This document shows, one piece after another, positions 48,620 to 59,082 of a DNA stretch of 64,000 nt. The notes beneath the pieces are model-generated. The model was not told the DNA's origin and ran no database searches. It worked only from the letters and a program-made list of their open reading frames with translations. Position numbers and translations under genes: made by a program. Positions within the stretch are counted from its first letter, which is position 1. The number at the start of each line of letters is the position of its first letter. This DNA comes from a virus. The DNA lies in the IMG/VR virus record IMGVR_UViG_3300044713_000232, positions 1 to 64,000 of that record; one strand, given 5' to 3'.

Positions 48620-48964
48620 TCACGACACGCGCCTCACAGCGACGCCAAACTTTGTAGCTTGGCGCGTCATGTCGCGTGTGCCGGGGCCTCCGGGAAAGGC
48701 CACGACGAGCTCCGGGCGCCCTTCGACGAGCATGCGCTGGTTACGCAGAGGGCCCGCCAGAGAGCCGTTGCGCGCCCAGTTGGCGGTGAAGACGCGCACC
48801 GGGATGTCTCTCTCGTGCGCCCACACGCGCGCCAGCTTATCGGCGCCACGAGCCCCGCCGTTGACGAGGAGGCTAAAAGCGTAACGCTTGTGTAGCTCAT
48901 CGAGCAGCTCGAAGAGGCGCTCGCGGTCGGCGTAGTTACGACCGCCACAGACCAAGAGGCGCAT
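48620..48964 (-). CDS. SLOG-family (YspA/DUF2493-like) protein
   Basis: LLVCGGRNY, NGGARGAD, AGPLRNQRM, VAFPGGPGT. Confidence 0.85.
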   Translation of the reverse strand: MRLLVCGGRNYADRERLFELLDELHKRYAFSLLVNGGARGADKLARVWAHERDIPVRVFTANWARNGSLAGPLRNQRMLVEGRPELVVAFPGGPGTRDMTRQATKFGVAVRRVS

Positions 48965-49236
48965 CACACGGCCTTTCGTTTGACTACACGGTACTCCCAT
49001 AGCCCGGCGCGTCCGTGGCCACGACGACGCTTGTCGACGATGAACGCTCCGAAACGCGGTTTGCGCAGATGGCGCAGCTGCGCAGAGATAGAGGCTTGGG
49101 GGTACCCGAGCAAGTCCTCGATCTCTCCAAGTGTACGCCAACGGCCATCGAGCATCAGATGGCGTATACGAAAGTGTTGGTCGGTAAGACGCTCCTTATC
49201 GAGGGACGGACTGTAGTCGGGGCCGTTGAACCGCAT
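48964..49236 (-). CDS. Winged HTH DNA-binding protein
   Basis: WRTLGEI....GYPQASISAQLRHLRK...WEYR. Confidence 0.7.
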   Translation of the reverse strand: MRFNGPDYSPSLDKERLTDQHFRIRHLMLDGRWRTLGEIEDLLGYPQASISAQLRHLRKPRFGAFIVDKRRRGHGRAGLWEYRVVKRKAV

Positions 49237-49490
49237 CTATCAACCCTGCCCGCAGCGATCGTTGAGGCGCACGAAGCCGAGAGCGTGAAGCGCGGTGTGG
49301 AGCTCGCAGCCGTTGACGCGCATGAAGCGCTTCTCGCCAAGGTTCAAGACGAGCTCCCCGTCATCGGCGGCCATCGCGATACGAACTTCGCTGTTGTTGA
49401 CCGTAGTCGGCACGACGATGGTGAGCGTGCTCTCCTTCGGTTTGTCGTGGTGATGACATCCGAGCATTCCGCGCCGCTTCGCCTTCGCCA

Positions 49491-49904
49491 TCAGTCCTTC
49501 CTCACTTCCTTGAGCCACGTGAGCGCCTCCTCGTGCGTTGCGAATTGCTTGTCGACGAGCTGTAAGAAGATGCTGCCCTTGACGTCGCCGCTGGCGATGA
49601 TCTGACAACGCGGAGATGCGAGAGCGATACCTAACTCCACCCAAGCGCCCCTGCCTTTGCCGTCGGGCGGCACAATCAGCCAGACGATGTCCGACGACTG
49701 TACCGCGTTGACGTCTTCGTCGGCGTAGCGGCGCGCGTCTTGCGCCGTTAGCTGCCTATCAGTGACTCCGGCGGCTTCGTGTTCCTCGATGCTGAGAGTC
49801 CAGTCGAGCGTGAGGTGGTACCCGAGCTCACTCACAGCGCGCATCATCCGGCGCGCTTGCTGCCACTCGACTGCTGCGCCAGCAATGTAGATGCGCCGTC
49901 TCAC
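49491..49904 (-). CDS. Nucleoside 2-deoxyribosyltransferase-like protein
   Basis: IYIAG...D..AV..SD...GAWVELGIAL. Confidence 0.75.
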   Translation of the reverse strand: MRRRIYIAGAAVEWQQARRMMRAVSELGYHLTLDWTLSIEEHEAAGVTDRQLTAQDARRYADEDVNAVQSSDIVWLIVPPDGKGRGAWVELGIALASPRCQIIASGDVKGSIFLQLVDKQFATHEEALTWLKEVRKD

Positions 49905-50315
49905 GGTTTCACAGCCTCGCCCAGTACCTCGTCGCAATAGCGCTCGAACTGCTCCTCGGCGTGCTCGCGTGAGGCGTAGGGCCCGATCTCACCATCGTCT
50001 TCGGTGCGAAAGAACCACTCGCCGTTACGCTCGTACACTTCGGGATTGTCGTAGCGCGGCACTTCGCTGAAGCCGTCCATCACACCCAGCTCTTCTTCTG
50101 CGCGAACCAGTAGTGAATCACGAGCTCGCCGTCGGTGCCTTCGGTGTAGACCTCGCTGTCGTCGTGTACGACAGACTTCGGAATCCACACCTCGGGATCA
50201 TCCGAGACGTCCTCGAAGAACGGGGCCTCGACGCGAATCGCGGCGCCTGTCTCGCCGACGCATACGGCGTCTGCGATGGTGAAAGTCTCGTCTGAAGGCA
50301 TCTCTCGAATTCCTC

Positions 50316-50726
50316 TTACAGACCGTAATCGTGGTGTATCTTCTTCAGGCGCCGTACCTCTTTAGAGATACTCGCGAACACATCACGTTGCGCTTGCGTA
50401 TATCCTTTACCGCCGCGAACGTTCAACCGTCGTTTGATAACGTGAAGCTTCAACGCCAAACGTGCCTGATCACGTCGCTCGACAAGGTACGGCAGCACGT
50501 CTGTCAAGAACGCGGCGGCTTTCTGCCCGGTAATCTCCCACCTGACACCTGGCCTGCTACGGCTAGCGTCAGACCACCGAGCTAGTACGACGCGGCCTCC
50601 CCACCGCGCGGCAAACTTATCCAACAGCCCGGGTTTGAAGCACCCACTAATCACAACACGGACGTTGCGTGCGATATGGACACACCCTTCACCGTCGAAA
50701 AAGCCTGCCGCGTAGTGGAGATTCAC
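50316..50726 (-). mobile_element. Free-standing single-motif LAGLIDADG homing endonuclease
   Basis: YAAGFFDGEGCV...FL..VLPYL..R..QA; lower GC than neighbours. Confidence 0.85.
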
Positions 50727-50735
50727 TCGCCTAAC

Positions 50736-51332
50736 CTAGCGGCGCGCCGTCTTACCCTTCGCGCCCGCCTTGCCAGCGGGCTTCCTGTTGTGGCGCTCCT
50801 CCGGCTCTTCCTCCGTCGTCTCCGCCGCCAGCGTCACCGCGCCACGGGGCGCCGTGTAGTTGACGTTGGTGCGCATCTCACCGCTGCTCTTGTCCTCGCG
50901 CTGAGACACCCACACCGTCGCGCCCTGGCCCTTCGCCTCCTTGATGAAGTCGAGGAAGTCGGCCTTGCTCTCGAGGCGCGCCGGGATGATGTCGGGGTCG
51001 ATCTGGAGAAGCTCGCAGAGCTGAGCGTACTTGACCTTCCCCATCCGCCCGCGCCGGTCACCGGCGGGGAAGAAGACGAGGAAGTCGGTGACGCTAGCGC
51101 CGACGCTCTTCTCCTGCGCGTCGCCGCCGTCGAGGGCTTCGGTCAGCTGCCACTCGAGGACGAGCATCGGCATCTCGTCCTTGCTTGTCTTGCTGACCTT
51201 CACCTCTTCGAGGGTGGCGTTGTACTGCCCGACGGCCGCGTCGGGCTCGATGTTCCGATCGAAGTCGATCGGCTTGAAGTCGTAGGCCCCCTTGCCGTTG
51301 GGGCGCGACTCTTCTCGCTGAGTCTGAGCCAT
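50736..51332 (-). CDS. Single-stranded DNA-binding protein (DUF669/gp2.5-like)
   Basis: G.Y.A.L.EV....SK...PML.L.W; acidic segment near the C-terminus; next to the Sak4-like ATPase. Confidence 0.65.
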   Translation of the reverse strand: MAQTQREESRPNGKGAYDFKPIDFDRNIEPDAAVGQYNATLEEVKVSKTSKDEMPMLVLEWQLTEALDGGDAQEKSVGASVTDFLVFFPAGDRRGRMGKVKYAQLCELLQIDPDIIPARLESKADFLDFIKEAKGQGATVWVSQREDKSSGEMRTNVNYTAPRGAVTLAAETTEEEPEERHNRKPAGKAGAKGKTARR

Positions 51333-51356
51333 GATGTGCTTCCCTTTCCTTTTGCT

Positions 51357-52166
51357 TTACCGGTTTGAAACGAATCGTCGCCCCGGCGCCGGTGCGGCGA
51401 CGGTTCTCTTGGGCGCAGGGCTGCCGTTAGCAACGGCTGTACTGTCGCCAGGAGTCTTGAGGTCTTTGCCTCGATTCTTGAACGCCTTCAAGAGCTGATT
51501 GATGTCGGCGGGGAGAATCTTCGTACCGTCGATGTTGCGACAGCCGGGGCCCCACCTGCCCTCGGGGCCAGTGACGATGATGCGCTCCTTTTGACGCATC
51601 TCCATCCACACGACGTCGTTGAACTTCGCCGCCACGAGCGCGCGCGCTTTGCCTGCAAGCAACGGCACGATGCCTTCGCCGGTCTTCGCCGTCTGCCCGT
51701 CGATCTCGCCGCCGGTCTCGATGTAGTGGCTGATGACAACGACGTGGCACGGAAGCATGAAGAGCTTCTCGACGAAGTGCCGAAGGCGCTTGTTGTACTC
51801 GGGGTACGCGCGCCTGCCGTCTTCGCCGTTGCCGTTGTTGGTGGCGGCGAGACACTCCTCTTCGAGGTGTGCGGCGAAGTCGCTCATCGGGTCCACGACG
51901 AGCGTCTTGATCTTGCCGTCAGCCGCGAGCTTCTTAGCGTCGAGCAACGCCTGCGACATAGAGTTCCACCCCTTGATACGGTCGAACTCGAAGTCGGGGT
52001 ACACCTCACGCGCATAGAGCAGCGCGTCGTCGCCTTCGCAGTTGAGCACGTACACGGGGCGCGGAGACGTCGTCACCGCGCACGCGGTCTTGCCGCACTT
52101 CGGGGCCCCCATGACCAGGAGACGCAGATAGTTCGTTTTGTCCAGCGCACTAGCCGGAATCGGCAT
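51357..52166 (-). CDS. Sak4-like AAA_24 ATPase (recombination)
   Basis: GAPKCGKT, TLVVD, VVVISH, FNDV. Confidence 0.8.
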   Translation of the reverse strand: MPIPASALDKTNYLRLLVMGAPKCGKTACAVTTSPRPVYVLNCEGDDALLYAREVYPDFEFDRIKGWNSMSQALLDAKKLAADGKIKTLVVDPMSDFAAHLEEECLAATNNGNGEDGRRAYPEYNKRLRHFVEKLFMLPCHVVVISHYIETGGEIDGQTAKTGEGIVPLLAGKARALVAAKFNDVVWMEMRQKERIIVTGPEGRWGPGCRNIDGTKILPADINQLLKAFKNRGKDLKTPGDSTAVANGSPAPKRTVAAPAPGRRFVSNR

Positions 52167-52305
52167 TGAGTTCCCTCTTCCTTCCCTACGATGCACAAGG
52201 ACGCTTCGGCGTTTCAGGGCGGAAGCATCGCCGTCGCGCGCCACTCGGCGCCGCCGGTTCAGACTACGTAAGCCCCGGGGCGCGTTGGCGCAAGTGCCTA
52301 CCCTG

Positions 52306-52343
52306 AAAAAACTACGGCCCCCGGGGTGAAGTGCCGGGGGCCG
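52306..52343 (-). terminator. Rho-independent terminator after the lysin gene
   Basis: Perfect 10-bp stem CGGCCCCCGG/CCGGGGGCCG followed by TAGTTTTTT on the minus strand. Confidence 0.75.
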
Positions 52344-52442
52344 GAGCCTTGTGCAGGTTGGGAAGCTCGGGGGGAACCGTGCTTACGAGAGACACTGTAG
52401 CAGCTGACGCGGGGGGCGCCAGCAAGGCGTCGGGAGCGCCTT

Positions 52443-53087
52443 TCAGGTGGCGCATACCCAACGGGGCAAGCCCCCCAGATAATCAGCTCCGATGACGTCG
52501 AAGTCAATGCTCACGCCCGCCACCGTCTCACTCGGTAGAAGCTGCGTCATACAGTACCCCCTTCTCTCGACGTTAGGCACGTCTGATTGGCTCTTCCAGT
52601 AACGGCTCAGATTCAGCTTCTCGAACAGAGCCGTGCCGTCGAGCCCGCAAGCGGCGCCTACATAGATGCCGGTGTCGTACCCGGCGGCGCGCACGCTTTG
52701 GTTCCAGGCGTTGCAATAGGCGATGACTGTCTCCGCGGGCGCCGCACTGGACACCCCTTCGAGATCCAACCAGACCGTCGTGCCGGCCCCCAGGCCCGCG
52801 CCCACGGCGTGCGTAGCGGCGACGCCACCATCGGCGGTGCCCTGCGCCATCGACGGCAGCCAGCCGGGGTAGCGCACGTGCTGGACCGCCATCAGGGCGA
52901 GCCCGGCGTTGAGGATTGCCTGCGTCTCGGCGAGGTCGAGGTCGCCTGGTGACTCAGTGGCGCCGAGGCTGAGATAGCGAATCACGAACTTCAGCTCGGC
53001 GGCTTTCAGAGCGGCGGCGCTGGCGCTTGACAACTTCGTGTCACAATCACACCCTAACGCTCCAACGTATGCCTGGCGGACGATCAT
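52443..53087 (-). CDS. DUF1906 (GH25-like) peptidoglycan hydrolase, putative endolysin
   Basis: FVIRYL, L..AE...I..AGL, VWLDLE, GYDTGIY. Confidence 0.8.
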   Translation of the reverse strand: MIVRQAYVGALGCDCDTKLSSASAAALKAAELKFVIRYLSLGATESPGDLDLAETQAILNAGLALMAVQHVRYPGWLPSMAQGTADGGVAATHAVGAGLGAGTTVWLDLEGVSSAAPAETVIAYCNAWNQSVRAAGYDTGIYVGAACGLDGTALFEKLNLSRYWKSQSDVPNVERRGYCMTQLLPSETVAGVSIDFDVIGADYLGGLPRWVCAT

Positions 53088-53578
53088 ATGACGCCAACCC
53101 TTCTTTCAAGCACGGTCATGCGTGCCGTGGAGGGCACACACCTACGTACGAAACTTGGTCCGGTATGATTGCTAGATGCACTCGGCCTACACACTCTAGG
53201 TTCGCCGACTACGGAGGTCGCGGCATCAAAGTTTGCAGTAGATGGCTCTCTTTCGAGAACTTCCTCACCGACATGGGCGAGCGCCCTGACGGCCGCACGC
53301 TCGATCGTATCGACAACGACGGTGATTACCGTAAAGAGAATTGCCGTTGGGCAACGCCTCAAGAGCAGCAGGAGCATAGACGCCGCCGCGAAGACGCCCG
53401 TACACTTACGGTCAACGGTGTAACGCGTACGCTCGCTGAATGGGCACGCCTGACCGGCATAGGGCAAGAGACACTCGCCTACCGGCTCAAAAACGGATGG
53501 CCGTCGGAATACGCTCTCGACACTACGAAGTACCACAAGAACAGACCCCCACCTTGGAAGAACCATACCATGTGCTAA
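53069..53578 (+). mobile_element. HNH homing endonuclease
   Basis: HG...TY.TW..M.ARC...YGGRGI.VC.RW..F..F..DMGERP...TLDRIDNDGDY..ENCRWAT..EQ. Confidence 0.9.
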
Positions 53579-53590
53579 AACTACGCCAAG

Positions 53591-54055
53591 GTGACCTTCA
53601 GCGTAGCTCAACTACAGGGTCTCGCGGCCAGCGTCGGGTTCCCGGCGTCGGCGGTACCGACGGCAGCCGCTGTTGCGATGGCGGAGTCGGGGGGCAATCC
53701 GAGCGCCGTGGGAGATCTCAACATCACCCCCGGGGGCAGCGAAGGCCTCTGGCAGGTAAACCTCCACGCGCACCCCTCGTACGACCCGACGAAGCTGTTC
53801 GACCCCGTCTACAACGCGAAAGCGGCACTCGCCATCAGCTCCGGGGGCTCGAATTGGCACCCGTGGAGCACGTTCAACTCGGGGGCGTACCAGAAGTACC
53901 TCCAGCCCTACGGCCCGTCGCCGTTCCCGTCACCGTCAGCGGTGCAACAGGCACCGTGGCTTCTCGCGACGGTGCTCGTAGCCGGCGCCATCGGTGCGGC
54001 GTGGTTGATTCACAACCCGCAGGCAATGAGGCGGCTCGTGAGGCGCTTCGCGTGA
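53591..54055 (+). CDS. Lytic transglycosylase with C-terminal TM (probably virion-associated)
   Basis: AMAESGGNP.A, GLWQVN, LFDP..NA.AA, W.PWST; TM plus basic tail. Confidence 0.85.
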   Translation: MTFSVAQLQGLAASVGFPASAVPTAAAVAMAESGGNPSAVGDLNITPGGSEGLWQVNLHAHPSYDPTKLFDPVYNAKAALAISSGGSNWHPWSTFNSGAYQKYLQPYGPSPFPSPSAVQQAPWLLATVLVAGAIGAAWLIHNPQAMRRLVRRFA

Positions 54056-55852
54056 GACACCCTCTGGCGTGGCTAGTGACTGGCGCGTTGGCGCTGTACG
54101 CTATCGGGATGGCGGCGGCGTGCTTGGCGCAGCCTTAGCGCGGGTAGCCGGGCTCACTTCCCACCCCGTCGTCGATGCGTGCGATGGCGGCGCGGGCCCG
54201 ACACGCGGCGCAGACATCGCACGGCTGTTCGCGGTGTCCATGAGGCCGACACGTCGACCTAGCTCCTCGATGCGCTCTCGCAGGCTGAGTTTCATGTCAA
54301 TCCTCCACGGGCTTTGCATACTCGAGCCGGCGTTTTGGCGGCGCGCCACTCCTCGGCCAGCTTCGCGCGGAGGGCAGCGATCTCTCTGGTGGCCTCGTGC
54401 AGATCGGCGCGTACGTCATTCAGCAGTCCCGTTGCCTCGTCTCTTTGCCTATGAGCCCTACGGACCTCCTGCCTTCATACGTAAGGCACCAGTCCCGCAA
54501 TCGCCACCACCCCAGCGCTTCCGCCGGCAAGCCGATGGCTATCTTCCACCACGGCACCAACAACCCGACCTCTTCGTACGTGATGCGGTGCGCTAGCGTA
54601 CCCTCGACGAGCCCGTCTGTTCCGGATCGCATTCGACGCATGTGCACACCTCTTTAGGTACCAACCCGTGGTTCACACCTCGCGGCGAGTTGCAAGGACA
54701 ACCATCGGCGATGCGCATGTTGTCGCCCCAAAGCGGAGCACCGCAACCACGACATCGGAATGACGGCGTGGACGAGGTAGAGAAGCACGCCTACGACGAT
54801 GAGGACGAGGTTCTAGGTCCACGAGTGATCGAGCACGCGGACGTCCTTCAGCTTTCGGCGTGTGACGATCTCCTCCGCCTCGAATCGAGACGCAAAACGC
54901 CACGCCATTGGATCGTTGAACGTTACCCACCGTATGCAAGCCCCGTCATGGGCGAGGCAGAGCAGCACGTCCGTACGCTCGATGAGCCATGCCTGCATGC
55001 TCGCCTCCTCGCCTTGGATTCTGTTGACTCAAAAGCACATCCGGACCCGAGCAACACCATGTCGGTGCACACGGCGTGAGCGGGGGCTCCCGCGGGGCCC
55101 CATCCGGAAGCGTCTCCACCACGATGAACGCCACGCACTGAGAGGGGTCCGCATCCGTGGAATACGCGCTTGGGGCGCTTGGGGGCACCGCCGCGGGTGA
55201 CCGGCGCACCAGCTCCGTTCGTGGCGTCATGACGGCTTATTCAACGCCTCTTGGCGCCGCGTTTGGAGATACGCCTTCGCGCGCTTGATGGCGCTCTCGA
55301 ACTGCGCCTTGTGGCAGTCTTCGTCAGCAGCGACGCAACAGAAGCGGCAGCCCTCGACGGCGGTCAGCGCCGCGAGCAGCTGCTTCAACACTTCGACGGC
55401 GCGCGTGTCTTCAGCCATTGCGCCTCCTGCGAATCTCTTCCTCGAGCGCCTTGAAACTGGTGCATGGACCGAACTGCTGACCGGTACCCTCAGCGCAGCT
55501 GGCGTAGTAGTGCCAATAGCCTCCGGCGTCGTAGGCAAAGGCTGTGAAGCTGTGGCCTCCGAGCGTGAAGTGGCGCTTGAAGTCGAGCGGTGTCAGCATC
55601 CGGGTCCTTTCAAGAGGGCATCAGCCAACGCGTCGAGCTCCGCCACCGTCTCGGCGGAAGCGCCATCGGGGCTTAGCGCCAGCGGTGTGCGCAGTCCACC
55701 GGGACAGTGCAAAGCGTCTACTTCCTTACCGCACTCGTGGCATATGCCCCCGCGGGGCTTGCCCGCCACGATATCCCATCCGTGCGAGCAAGACTTTTCC
55801 TCGCCGTGGTAGAAGCGCTTCAAGCAATCAGTGCAAACCATGAAGCGCTTAG

Positions 55853-56398
55853 CTAACATCCCAGCACCCTGCAAGCCGGCTTGTAGTCCACCGACTTGAT
55901 GTCGCCGTCGGGTAGAACAACCGTGCCGATGTCCTCGCGCATAAAGCTTTCCACGTCCTCGTTGTGCTTCAAGCCCCACATGTGCCCCAACTCGTGAATC
56001 GCAGTCGCGCGCAGACGCTTCGTAGATACGATGTCGATGACGCCCGTTTCGGTGTGACAGAGCCCCACGAGCACGTTGCCGTTGGGGGCGAAGCCGAGCT
56101 CCCCCATCGTGTACTTACGGAAGTGAATGAGGCTCCAGCGAGGCTCCTCTTCAATCATCACGAGGTGCCCGTTGGCGGCCTTCTCCCACGCGGCGACGCC
56201 GTCGCGAATGTCGTGGCGCTCCTCGGCGGTGAAGCTCGCGTCGATGCTGTAGCCCGCCTTGTGGTTGGCGCGGAAGCCGATGTCGCCCGCCGGGTGGAAA
56301 CAGGAGATGCACGAAAGCAACGTCACACTCGTTACCAGCATCGCCAACGCTCCTCCTGCCTTCGCCATCTGCTCCAACTTACTGCTTGTGCTGCCCAT
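55853..56398 (-). CDS. Matrixin-like (metzincin) metalloprotease, probably exported or lipid-anchored
   Basis: HELGHMWGLKH...FM Met-turn; N-terminal hydrophobic segment with Cys. Confidence 0.85.
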   Translation of the reverse strand: MGSTSSKLEQMAKAGGALAMLVTSVTLLSCISCFHPAGDIGFRANHKAGYSIDASFTAEERHDIRDGVAAWEKAANGHLVMIEEEPRWSLIHFRKYTMGELGFAPNGNVLVGLCHTETGVIDIVSTKRLRATAIHELGHMWGLKHNEDVESFMREDIGTVVLPDGDIKSVDYKPACRVLGC

Positions 56399-56412
56399 CC
56401 ACTAGAGTAGCG

Positions 56413-57513
56413 CTATGGCGCTAAGACGCACTCACCCCCGTTGGGGCCCAGGATGTCGCTGCGCCAGTTCTGCTGAATCAGCCACCAATCCCCGGGCGCG
56501 AGCTCCACGTTGCCGTAGGAGCCCCCGTAAGGACCGGGGAGGTACACCACCGGGTCGAAGCGCCACTCACACTTATCAGCGGATTCCACATAGCCGTTGA
56601 TGACGTCTTGCCAGGCGGGGTTGATGGTAGGGTCGGGGTCGTCGATGGCTTCCGCCAACTCGTGGGCGAGAGCGTTCGCCATACCGTCACCGGCCCAATC
56701 GACGCTGTGCGGGGCCGCCATCGCGCCGTAGCCGGCGGCCGTGGATTGGACGGTGCAGCCTACCAGACAGCTGTAGTCGACGACGCCGCCGTCAAACGGA
56801 TCAGGCAATGGTTCGTAGTCGGGCACATACGCATACCTCACCGGCGCCGCGCCAACGGCGGGGACGAAGCTGTCGTGGTATGCACAGAAGTAGTTGCACG
56901 CGTTGATGCTGTCGTACTTCACCTCGTTAGAGGTGAGCACCACGTAGACGGCGTTGTTGTCTTGTGGTACCGCCCCGGCGTCGATGGCGTCAGTGACGAT
57001 CTGCATCACGCGGTCGCTGGAGACATTATAGTCAACGCCGCTGTCGTCTGGCTCCAACGCCGAGACGTTGACGCTAGCAGCCAGCAGCATCCGTGTTGCC
57101 GGCACCGTGCGGGGACCGCCGTCCCAGGGGTCCGTCTCCATGTTGCTCTCGATGGCGAGCCACGGGGAAGCCGACAGCTCTTGAATCAGACGTGTGATGA
57201 GAGACTGCCTCTCGGCGGCGTCGTGCCAGGCGCCGTACCAGAGGAGGTACACATCGACGGGGTCTTGCAGCACGGGTCCGCCGAGGTACTGCATCGGACC
57301 TAGCGTCGGTGGCTCGAGGTCGAAGGGGGGTGCATCGTACGCACCGGCGTCGGGGAAGAGAGGCGCGTCGTTGGAGATGCCACCGTCGGATGCTTCTACG
57401 CCAGCGTCAGTGGCGCTGCCCCAACCTGCCTTCGAGGCGCCACAGGCGGTCAGTAGCAGCACCGCCGCTACGACAGCGGCGCCGAGCGCTAGACATGCTT
57501 CTCGTCGAGACAT
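56413..57513 (-). CDS. Phi-1/EXORDIUM-like lipoprotein
   Basis: Lipobox LTAC, DAG/DA linker, VYLLWYG.W, FCAYH, AHELAEAI.DP, E.ADKC, LIQQNW. Confidence 0.7.
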   Translation of the reverse strand: MSRREACLALGAAVVAAVLLLTACGASKAGWGSATDAGVEASDGGISNDAPLFPDAGAYDAPPFDLEPPTLGPMQYLGGPVLQDPVDVYLLWYGAWHDAAERQSLITRLIQELSASPWLAIESNMETDPWDGGPRTVPATRMLLAASVNVSALEPDDSGVDYNVSSDRVMQIVTDAIDAGAVPQDNNAVYVVLTSNEVKYDSINACNYFCAYHDSFVPAVGAAPVRYAYVPDYEPLPDPFDGGVVDYSCLVGCTVQSTAAGYGAMAAPHSVDWAGDGMANALAHELAEAIDDPDPTINPAWQDVINGYVESADKCEWRFDPVVYLPGPYGGSYGNVELAPGDWWLIQQNWRSDILGPNGGECVLAP

Positions 57514-57936
57514 CACTTCACTCCTTACCGAGCCAACGTGACAGATGCGCGTGAAGCGCACCGGCTTGCGCCTCGTCGAGTTGCAGTTCGCCGATGCGGA
57601 ACGTCTTGAAAGCTTCGGGGACTCCGGTGTCGGGGCAATATACGTAGGCGTCGCTGGGCCCCAGCGCGAGGCGCTTATCGTCAACGGTGTAGATAGCGCC
57701 CCAGGTGGCGCGGTATCCAGATTCGTTGAATGTGCTCACGGCCGCGCCTCGTCATCATCGCTTGGCGGGGCGAATGCCCAGAGTAGACATCCGAACACCC
57801 CTACCGCCAGAAAGAAACCGTCGAAGAACGCGAACCACGGGTGCCCGGCGGCGGTGTCCCTGCGCGCTTCGATGAGACACACCAGCGCGCTGAAGACACC
57901 CGGCACGATCCACAACGGACGCTTCACGGCTTTCAT

Positions 57937-59082
57937 CTAGCGCCCCTTATCGTTTTCCGCGCGAAGCTCCTCGCGCTCGTCCTTCTTCAGACAGCCACGC
58001 TTACGAAGCTTAGCCAGCTCTTTTTCGCCTTCGACGGCGCCTAGCGCCGTCATGAGACTCGTCTTCGACAGCGTCTCGTACTCGCGCTTCACGATGTCGA
58101 GTACTTTGCCGTCGGGCCTGACAGCCGGCCCGTTGGTGCGCACCCACGCCTTCAACTGGCTGCGCAGTTGCTCTGCAAGCGAATCGTACTGCTGAAGCGC
58201 CACGTGAATCGCGCCGACTCTCTCGCTAGTCAGCGCGAGATTCCCTGCGGAGCCTTTCTTCAGCTCCACGAGCATGCTCGATTGCGTCGGGCACGATGTC
58301 AGTAGCGGGCAGTACTGACACACAGTGCCCGGGCTCATCGACAAGCCCCGCTGCTGCCACGCAAAGCACAGCGCATCGCGGTGGTATGCGATGTCCTTGG
58401 CGCTGAGGGTGTCGACGTAGACAGTCGGCACGCCGGTGCGCCGGGGCGCGTGGAGCAACCCTACGATGACTTGCTTAGCCTCGGGGTAGATGTCCACGAG
58501 CGCCACCGCGAGGCTCTTCAGCTGCCCCGACTGCGAAGGTTCGGGGACATCCTCCCCCGTCTTGTAGTCGAGGATGCACAGGTACTCTTTGCGGCGGTAG
58601 AAGACGACGTCGGCGGTGCCTGGCAACTCAGTCTCGTAGTCGCAATCGCCGTAGACGTGCGTGGCTTCGTTAGGTGACTCGCACTCGCGCGCGGTCGTCT
58701 CCGTGACGTTGTAGGCGACGCTGTACTCGTACTTGGCGAGCCCCTTGTCGTGGAAGTTGATGCGGAAAGGGTTCGCACCCTTCATCCACTGGCTGAAGAC
58801 AGGCCAGCTCTGCACCACCAGTGACTCGACTTCTTTGGCGTCGACCTTGAAGCTATCGCCGACGGCGACGCACGCGGCGCGTAGCGCCTTTGTATCCTTG
58901 AGAGACAAGTCTTCGGCGCCGAGCTTCGCGTAGATGTCGTGGCAGGCGACGCCGAAGCGCGAGGCATCACTGCCGGTATCACGGGGCGCCTGGCGACCCC
59001 AACGCCAAGCACAGGCGAGCAAGTCGTCAGTCTTGCTCATCGTTGCGTGAATCGTGGCTAGTTCTTCAGTCATCGCCGCCAC
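57937..59082 (-). CDS. Cas4-like PD-(D/E)xK exonuclease
   Basis: One N-terminal Cys plus CQYCP...CP; GTAD, ILDYKTG, Q. Confidence 0.82.
   Translation of the reverse strand: MAAMTEELATIHATMSKTDDLLACAWRWGRQAPRDTGSDASRFGVACHDIYAKLGAEDLSLKDTKALRAACVAVGDSFKVDAKEVESLVVQSWPVFSQWMKGANPFRINFHDKGLAKYEYSVAYNVTETTARECESPNEATHVYGDCDYETELPGTADVVFYRRKEYLCILDYKTGEDVPEPSQSGQLKSLAVALVDIYPEAKQVIVGLLHAPRRTGVPTVYVDTLSAKDIAYHRDALCFAWQQRGLSMSPGTVCQYCPLLTSCPTQSSMLVELKKGSAGNLALTSERVGAIHVALQQYDSLAEQLRSQLKAWVRTNGPAVRPDGKVLDIVKREYETLSKTSLMTALGAVEGEKELAKLRKRGCLKKDEREELRAENDKGR

Noticed and set aside
57937-59082. Cas4-like protein as evidence of a CRISPR system
   Set aside because: No repeat-spacer array or other cas genes; solo Cas4-like exonucleases are normal in phage Sak4/SSB/PolA modules.
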